DNA of 64,000 nucleotides from a virus. Taxonomy: Duplodnaviria > Caudoviricetes. Shown piece by piece: positions 58,645-64,000 of this stretch; position 1 is the first letter of the stretch, and each line of letters opens with the position of its first letter. Position numbers and translations under genes: made by a program. The notes under the pieces are model-generated. The model made no database searches. It saw only the letters and a list, made by a program, of their open reading frames with translations, and had not been told where the DNA came from. The stretch lies in IMG/VR virus record IMGVR_UViG_3300025030_000042. The stretch is one strand, 5' to 3'.

Positions 58645-58978
58645 CCTTAGAGCTAGATAGAAATTATTCTTTCTGGATAACCACCGAAAGAACCGGCTTT
58701 CAATGATATTCACTACTTACGAAAAGTCAAGTAGTTTAATGAAGAAACTCCCTAAGCGATGATAGAATGGTACCAACGAAAGGGCTAGCCGAAACAACCG
58801 ACTTTCAATGATATCAAGTGGTTATCCAGAAAGAACAATTTTGATTGACTTTTCCTTAGGGCTAGATAGAACGGTACCGAATGCATGCCGCCCGTAAACA
58901 AGCTGTTTTCAATGATATTCAATACTTACGAAAAGTCAAGTAGTTTAATGAAGATCTGCCCTAAGCGATGATAGAATG
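58645..58978. repeat. Non-coding ~105-bp-period repeat array with an 18-bp inverted repeat
   Basis: GATAGAA at 58656/58761/58865/58970; 72-bp direct repeat (67/72); IR 58667-84/58818-35. Confidence 0.85.
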
Positions 58979-58981
58979 ATA

Positions 58982-59188
58982 TCACCGGCAGGGCACCCAC
59001 GTGGGCACGTCCTTCGAGCATGCTTTCAAAAATCGATCACGATCGAACCTCGCGCTGTCGGCCTGAAACAGATCAGCAGTTTTGCTAATAATGCGCCAGA
59101 CCACTGCGCGTTCATTGTCACCATCGGCGGCCACTAGTAACTCATGCTGAAACATATGGATAAACCGCTGGTAATCTTTCTTTGTCAT
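58982..59188 (-). CDS. MTKKDY...RFDRDRFLxAC family protein
   Basis: Paralog of 58337. Confidence 0.75.
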   Translation of the reverse strand: MTKKDYQRFIHMFQHELLVAADGDNERAVVWRIISKTADLFQADSARFDRDRFLKACSKDVPTWVPCR

Positions 59189-59216
59189 TAGGGAACCTTT
59201 CGTTGGCGTTCGAAAA

Positions 59217-59244
59217 GTTATACGATCAAGGACGATCGATATTT
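59217..59244 (-). promoter_or_regulatory. Bipartite motif copy 3
   Basis: AAATATC-N10-GATCGTATAAC. Confidence 0.8.
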
Positions 59245-59515
59245 CATTTTATTTTTTGTTCAATGATCTCGCGCGGTTGTCACTTTCTTTTTGATATGGT
59301 GAATTTTGGCGATCGGGGTACTATTTACTGTAAAATAGCGGTCCAATCGCCCCCTAACCGCTCCATTTACCCCATTTTCAATCAAAAATTCCCATCCTAC
59401 CCCAAACAGCGGGTGGCTACCAAGGGTAGTCAAAGGTTTATATATTTTTTCTATCGTAACTGCCTTGTCCGTTCTTACCCTGTTTGTTACGCCCCTTTCA
59501 TATTTTTTCTTTATG

Positions 59516-59899
59516 TTAACGCCGAACAATGATCGCGCCTTTCGCTTCCATTATCGTCAACCATACGTTAAGCCCAATCGAATCCGTACTTTTCAAAGAT
59601 GTTAAATCTCCATTCCATCTATGACCTTGCGTCGTTCCCTCATGTCCGATGCAACCTTCGAACAACGATCGCACATTATCATCCGGCAAAGCAAGATCGA
59701 GATTCGGATCTTCCCAGATATTCTTTACTGGATCGTTCGATTCGGTTAGCATCTTTTCCTTATCAACTAAAACCGGCGCTTGGCTTTCTTCGAGTCTCAA
59801 GGGTCCGCGTGAATACGTTCCAAATGACGATCGTCCTTTCTCATAATATCCAGCCAAGCCCTTGATCACAACGATCGGTTTATCATTCTTGGTTGGCAT
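59516..59899 (-). CDS. Hypothetical protein
   Basis: GAAGGA RBS after copy 4; start MPTK. Confidence 0.65.
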   Translation of the reverse strand: MPTKNDKPIVVIKGLAGYYEKGRSSFGTYSRGPLRLEESQAPVLVDKEKMLTESNDPVKNIWEDPNLDLALPDDNVRSLFEGCIGHEGTTQGHRWNGDLTSLKSTDSIGLNVWLTIMEAKGAIIVRR

Positions 59900-59929
59900 T
59901 GAAAGATCCTTCTGTTGATTGCTTGTGGA

Positions 59930-59957
59930 GTTATACGATCGTGGATGGGTTTTATTT
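59930..59957 (-). promoter_or_regulatory. Bipartite motif copy 4
   Basis: AAATAAA-N10-GATCGTATAAC. Confidence 0.82.
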
Positions 59958-59958
59958 T

Positions 59959-60351
59959 TCATTTCTCCGAAACAAAATAGGGTCGCAATTCCCCTCGAAT
60001 ATCCCAATAATGTCCACTATGTGTTGCCAGATCGCAAACCTCTTTCGGACCATAGTCGAGCTTTTCGTAATAGTCCTCGCGATCCCTATGGGTCGAAACA
60101 ATCTTACCATCAGGCATCGTATAACAGAACACAATTTTGCGCGCAATCATATCGCGCGTTGCTTGCTTCCAACCATCGCAATAAGAAAAAACCCATTGCG
60201 GGCACTTTGCTTTTTTCAAGGATTCGGTGATCTCGCATTCCTCCTTATTGATATCGCTGGAAAGCATACCATAAATTTGTGCTTTGCTGTAAAGATCGGC
60301 AAGTTGTCGAATCGCACGATTTTGATGATTGTATGCAGTCTGGAATTTCAT
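59959..60351 (-). CDS. Hypothetical protein
   Basis: AAAGGA RBS after copy 5. Confidence 0.7.
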   Translation of the reverse strand: MKFQTAYNHQNRAIRQLADLYSKAQIYGMLSSDINKEECEITESLKKAKCPQWVFSYCDGWKQATRDMIARKIVFCYTMPDGKIVSTHRDREDYYEKLDYGPKEVCDLATHSGHYWDIRGELRPYFVSEK

Positions 60352-60381
60352 TTGCCGATCCTTTGTTGGATGGTTCGATCG

Positions 60382-60409
60382 GTTATACGATCGGGAGCGG
60401 TTTTTATTT
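60382..60409 (-). promoter_or_regulatory. Bipartite motif copy 5
   Basis: AAATAAA-N10-GATCGTATAAC. Confidence 0.82.
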
Positions 60410-60462
60410 TTGTTATCGCTCCCGATATCGTTATCCTTTGTCGCGCGCGCCTGGCGGGGCCA

Positions 60463-60735
60463 TCATCGCCGGCGCGATCCTCGGCCAAATTGGCCAAATG
60501 TTACCATTGTGGATGGGATCGCGTTAGCGATGAACTTTGCCATATCGCCGTACCAGTTTTGTGCGCGCGCTAGGCGAGAATATGGCAGGTTTTCAAAATT
60601 TTGCTTGAGATATTCCAATTCATCGCCGTCCGCTTGTATCTCTGTGACCAAATTTTCCGTATTCATAACTCTCAAGGTTTCGCCCACGTGCCATTGTACC
60701 TCTTTTCCGGAATTCAATATAATATAAAGTGCCAT
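60463..60735 (-). CDS. Hypothetical protein
   Basis: AAAGGA RBS after copy 6. Confidence 0.7.
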   Translation of the reverse strand: MALYIILNSGKEVQWHVGETLRVMNTENLVTEIQADGDELEYLKQNFENLPYSRLARAQNWYGDMAKFIANAIPSTMVTFGQFGRGSRRR

Positions 60736-60756
60736 CGGATGTTCCTTTGTTGGAAA

Positions 60757-60784
60757 GTTATACGATCGCCACTGGAGAATATTT
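60757..60784 (-). promoter_or_regulatory. Bipartite motif copy 6
   Basis: AAATATT-N10-GATCGTATAAC. Confidence 0.8.
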
Positions 60785-60787
60785 GTT

Positions 60788-60970
60788 TTAACTCATCGCA
60801 GAATAAGCGATATGATTCTGCAGTGTTAGATCGGCTTCTCGTTTTGCCTCACTTTTGGTTCCAGCGGTCCATACGCTAACAACACACCGTCCGTAATGAT
60901 ACCAGTCGCAAAGCCAACCGCTATCCTTCTTTACCATTTTTAGAGTATATTGTTTCCTTTTGTTTTCCAT
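60788..60970 (-). CDS. Hypothetical protein
   Basis: Start trimmed to MENKRK. Confidence 0.55.
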   Translation of the reverse strand: MENKRKQYTLKMVKKDSGWLCDWYHYGRCVVSVWTAGTKSEAKREADLTLQNHIAYSAMS

Positions 60971-60978
60971 TGTTTTTT

Positions 60979-61152
60979 TTACTTCGCCTCTGTCTCTGTT
61001 TCTGACACGTTGAATCCCGTTTGCGTCAAGATTGCCCACAACGTTTTGACGTGCACGCTTTCGACCTTGTTTGCGTCAAGTTCATTCAGCCAGTTTCGCA
61101 AAATCTTTTGAAATTCCTCTCCGGTCATTTGACTTACATGTTTCCAAGCCAT
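60979..61152 (-). CDS. 57-aa hypothetical protein (below cutoff)
   Basis: AAGGA RBS after copy 7; MAWKHVSQMTGEEFQKILRNWL... Confidence 0.65.
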   Translation of the reverse strand: MAWKHVSQMTGEEFQKILRNWLNELDANKVESVHVKTLWAILTQTGFNVSETETEAK

Positions 61153-61183
61153 TGGATTGATCCTTGTTCGTTTCGTTCATAAG

Positions 61184-61211
61184 GTTATACGATCGTCGGC
61201 AGGATTTATTT
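61184..61211 (-). promoter_or_regulatory. Bipartite motif copy 7
   Basis: TGAAATAAA-N10-GATCGTATAAC. Confidence 0.82.
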
Positions 61212-61471
61212 CAAGCCTTCTTTCTTTTTGTTACCGCCGGAATTCCGGCCGCCGGAGACTTTCCTTGCTGCTCTGCTTCCGAATCCAAATGATCCAGAGC
61301 AATATCAACCACTTCGTTCTTTACCTTCGTTGTCGTGTTGTGCAAAGCCTTTAGATTGTTCCAGAAAATCGTCATATTCTGGCGTGCCAAAGCCGATCGG
61401 GCTTGCACCAGCGACTTTTCGATGGTTTCGAGAAGTTCCACAAGCGCCGTCTTTTCGTTTAGGGTGAGCAT
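61211..61471 (-). CDS. Hypothetical helical protein
   Basis: Follows copy 8. Confidence 0.68.
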   Translation of the reverse strand: MLTLNEKTALVELLETIEKSLVQARSALARQNMTIFWNNLKALHNTTTKVKNEVVDIALDHLDSEAEQQGKSPAAGIPAVTKRKKA

Positions 61472-61503
61472 TGTTGTCTTCTTTCGTTTATGTGTTGTGG
61501 TGG

Positions 61504-61531
61504 GTTATACGATCAATGCTGGAATTTATTG
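61504..61531 (-). promoter_or_regulatory. Bipartite motif copy 8
   Basis: CAATAAA-N10-GATCGTATAAC. Confidence 0.8.
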
Positions 61532-61948
61532 CCGATAAATGAAGAACATTTCGCCGTCAAGTTCCGCTTCGTTTTCCTCGCCGTCATAACCTGAAATGAA
61601 ATGCCCTCTGCCATCGGCAGAAATCGCATCATTGACAAAGTGATCAAAATCCTTGATCAGCGCTCGGATCGTATCGTTGGCATCCTCGCACTTTTCCTTT
61701 TGAAACGATTGAATCATTTTCTCCGCTTCCAAGGGTAGATCCGTATGTGACAGAATGAAACCGGTATTGAATGCCCAAAAACTTTGCTCGATTTGTTCCC
61801 TGCAACGCGTATTGGCTTCGTCATTGGTCAACACAAGAAAGTTTTCCCGTTCGCCGGAAACTTCAAAGCAATCGCTATCATAATCGTTTCGTGAAACATC
61901 CTCAAGATCACAATCGAGAAACTTTGCGAGGGCTTTTGCTTTTGTCAT
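61526..61948 (-). CDS. Acidic hypothetical phage protein
   Basis: FLVLTNDEA; ADGRGHFISGYDGEENE. Confidence 0.72.
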   Translation of the reverse strand: MTKAKALAKFLDCDLEDVSRNDYDSDCFEVSGERENFLVLTNDEANTRCREQIEQSFWAFNTGFILSHTDLPLEAEKMIQSFQKEKCEDANDTIRALIKDFDHFVNDAISADGRGHFISGYDGEENEAELDGEMFFIYRQ

Positions 61949-61995
61949 TGGATTAAAACCTTTTGGGCGAATACTTGATATAGCTTGCGTGGCAT
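61945..61995 (-). pseudogene. 16-codon remnant of a 63615-type gene
   Basis: MPRKLYQVFAQKVLIQ; 23 nt identical to 63978-64000. Confidence 0.65.
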
Positions 61996-62034
61996 TTGAA
62001 AAACCTTTGTTGTGGTGTTCGAAGGGTTATACGA

Positions 62035-62400
<366 letters not shown>

Positions 62401-62425
62401 TGTGCTTGTTCCTTTGCTGCGGTGT

Positions 62426-62941
62426 TCAATGAGTTATACGATCGTCGACATATTTTCTTTTGAAGAATCTTTCGAGTCCTACCTTAAAAAAGAAATTGTG
62501 ATCAATGTCATTTGCTTTATAGGTTTCGCGCATACAATTAAAAAGAACATGGCTTAACTCGTGAATAAATGTAATGTATAGTTTATATTCCGTGCCGTTG
62601 GAGATTTTGATCGTTCTTTCATATGGTATCGTAACTCCGTTACATTGTTCAACATTATCTGAACACAGCACTGAATCTGAATCAAAGAATGTTATCTGTG
62701 TTATCGGAAGTTCTTCGTTTGCCATACAATCGAGCGTGGCATCATTAAAAACATTTCTCCAGAAATCAAGCGTTTCTTTTGTCCACACTTCGATCATTGT
62801 CTGCTTTGGACCGTTGATATTCTCCAATTTAACGTTCGAACCGTAACTTGTTCTATAGATATGATACGGTTCGATCGGATCGATTATTTCACAGCCGACA
62901 CAACAAATAACCACAATCAAAATATTTTGTTTATTGACCAT
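62426..62941 (-). CDS. Putative lipoprotein zinc metallopeptidase
   Basis: MVNKQNILIVVICCVGC signal; FIHELSH. Confidence 0.6.
   Translation of the reverse strand: MVNKQNILIVVICCVGCEIIDPIEPYHIYRTSYGSNVKLENINGPKQTMIEVWTKETLDFWRNVFNDATLDCMANEELPITQITFFDSDSVLCSDNVEQCNGVTIPYERTIKISNGTEYKLYITFIHELSHVLFNCMRETYKANDIDHNFFFKVGLERFFKRKYVDDRITH
62433..62460 (-). promoter_or_regulatory. Bipartite motif copy 10
   Basis: AAAGAAA-N10-GATCGTATAAC. Confidence 0.78.
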
Positions 62942-63320
62942 AGACATTACCCTTGAAAACATAAAGATCATAAGATCCAAAAGACTTTGATTTTTCCGAA
63001 AGTTTGTCTCCCAATTCCCCAAGTCCACGATCCCAGAACCCTGCGCCATGGCCATTGCGCGTCAACCAAAAATCGTGTCCAGCGTGGCTTTCATCGTATT
63101 CCTCATAATATTCCATAAGTTCGACTTTTGCATACTCTTGAAAATCTTCACATTCCTTGATCATTTTTTTTAGAATCTTTGAATCAATATCCTCAATTCC
63201 ATAGTTATCTTCTAGTGATGCTTCCATTTCGCCGTCTTCCGACCATTCGGTCGAAGACCATAAAGCACGCTCAAGATAGCCTGTCACAAAATCACTTAGA
63301 TTATCAAGATCGATCGTCAT
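62931..63320 (-). CDS. Hypothetical phage protein
   Basis: GYLERALWSS; AGHDFWLTRNGHGAGFWDRG. Confidence 0.75.
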   Translation of the reverse strand: MTIDLDNLSDFVTGYLERALWSSTEWSEDGEMEASLEDNYGIEDIDSKILKKMIKECEDFQEYAKVELMEYYEEYDESHAGHDFWLTRNGHGAGFWDRGLGELGDKLSEKSKSFGSYDLYVFKGNVYGQ

Positions 63321-63351
63321 TTTGTTTCTCGCTTGTTGGGTTGCTTGTGGA

Positions 63352-63379
63352 GTTATACGATCGAACCTGGAGATTATTC
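63352..63379 (-). promoter_or_regulatory. Bipartite motif copy 11
   Basis: GAATAAT-N10-GATCGTATAAC. Confidence 0.78.
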
Positions 63380-63568
63380 GCTAGAATCTTCGATAAATGA
63401 ATAATTTTTATACAATGAGCCATCTATATATTTTATCATAATATAACTAAGTTTATTTCTATTTTCTCCAAAAAGAATACCATATAAACTCAAGATCGAT
63501 TCTGGATTACCAACAACACTATTGCACGAAGAATCTTGTTCGTCATATGCCCATTGCAGTATTAACAT
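63374..63568 (-). CDS. Hypothetical protein
   Basis: Co-oriented ORF. Confidence 0.5.
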   Translation of the reverse strand: MLILQWAYDEQDSSCNSVVGNPESILSLYGILFGENRNKLSYIMIKYIDGSLYKNYSFIEDSSE

Positions 63569-63614
63569 TTTCTTTGTTTTCCTTACTTTTTTAGAAAAAC
63601 AAATTTAACTTTGT

Positions 63615-64000
63615 TTACTCGCTATCCGGAATTTCATTTGTCAGAACATCATAGAAAATCTCTTTAATGTAATCTTTGATATCGTTTCGATTCTTTCCGG
63701 AAACCTTCACATTAATCTGATTGTCTAGCGAAGCGGTAACGGTAACTCTGTGGTTTGTCCAATCATCATAAAAACCATTTTCGTTCATATGATGAAATGC
63801 GGTAAAAAACATAAGCTTTTCGCCAGTTGAATAATCAAGATCGATCGTTGTTCCAGAGTCAAATCCCGATCCGCTGGGCATACGATTCTTAACAAGTTCT
63901 TCGATCTTTGTGGTATGGTTATCAAACCATACGTCATTGTCGTGCTTTTCGCAGTTACGGCGCGCCTGAACTGTGCTGGCGAATACTTGATATAGCTTGC
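63615..64000 (-). CDS. Hypothetical phage protein (5' end beyond window)
   Basis: Frame open to the window end: RKLYQVFASTVQARRNC...MPSGSGFDSG...FHHMNENGFYDDWT. Confidence 0.72.
   Translation of the reverse strand, partial: KLYQVFASTVQARRNCEKHDNDVWFDNHTTKIEELVKNRMPSGSGFDSGTTIDLDYSTGEKLMFFTAFHHMNENGFYDDWTNHRVTVTASLDNQINVKVSGKNRNDIKDYIKEIFYDVLTNEIPDSE

Noticed and set aside
59230-59532. ORFs 59182-59532 (+) and 59260-59529 (-)
   Set aside because: No RBS or motif linkage and low-complexity translation; treated as intergenic.

Overview
The window looks like part of a large (jumbo-type) tailed-phage genome: dense small ORFs, bacterial RBS and sigma70 promoters, several free-standing homing endonucleases, an RNA ligase, ClpP, a MoxR-VWA pair and no host housekeeping genes. 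This is an inference from gene content; the host cannot be named. Layout: (1) 1-34 kb, minus strand, a ~31 kb nucleotide-sugar/glycosyltransferase island (2x gmd, fcl, rmlA, neuA/neuB/neuD, a GT29 sialyltransferase, 2 aminotransferases, formyl-, acetyl- and methyltransferases, several GTs, cysH); (2) 34.4-37.5 kb, plus strand, proteases; (3) 37.5-43.4 kb, minus strand, acidic/unknown proteins; (4) 43.6-56.8 kb, plus strand, accessory genes and a non-canonical tRNA-Ile(UAU); (5) a sharp step to higher GC at ~57.1 kb, then a minus-strand array of small genes. Two stand-out systems. First, 11 copies of a bipartite motif AAATAAA-N10-GATCGTATAAC sit just upstream of the small genes of block 5, beside a phage ECF sigma factor gene that has its own TTGACA-N17-CATAGT promoter, suggesting a host-sigma70 -> phage-ECF -> regulon cascade. 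Second, ~30 paralogous 55-95 aa 'K[VI]GDL[VI]' (KOW/SH3-like) microproteins are threaded between genes of the AT-rich blocks. All coordinates and counts were read by eye; no database searches were run.
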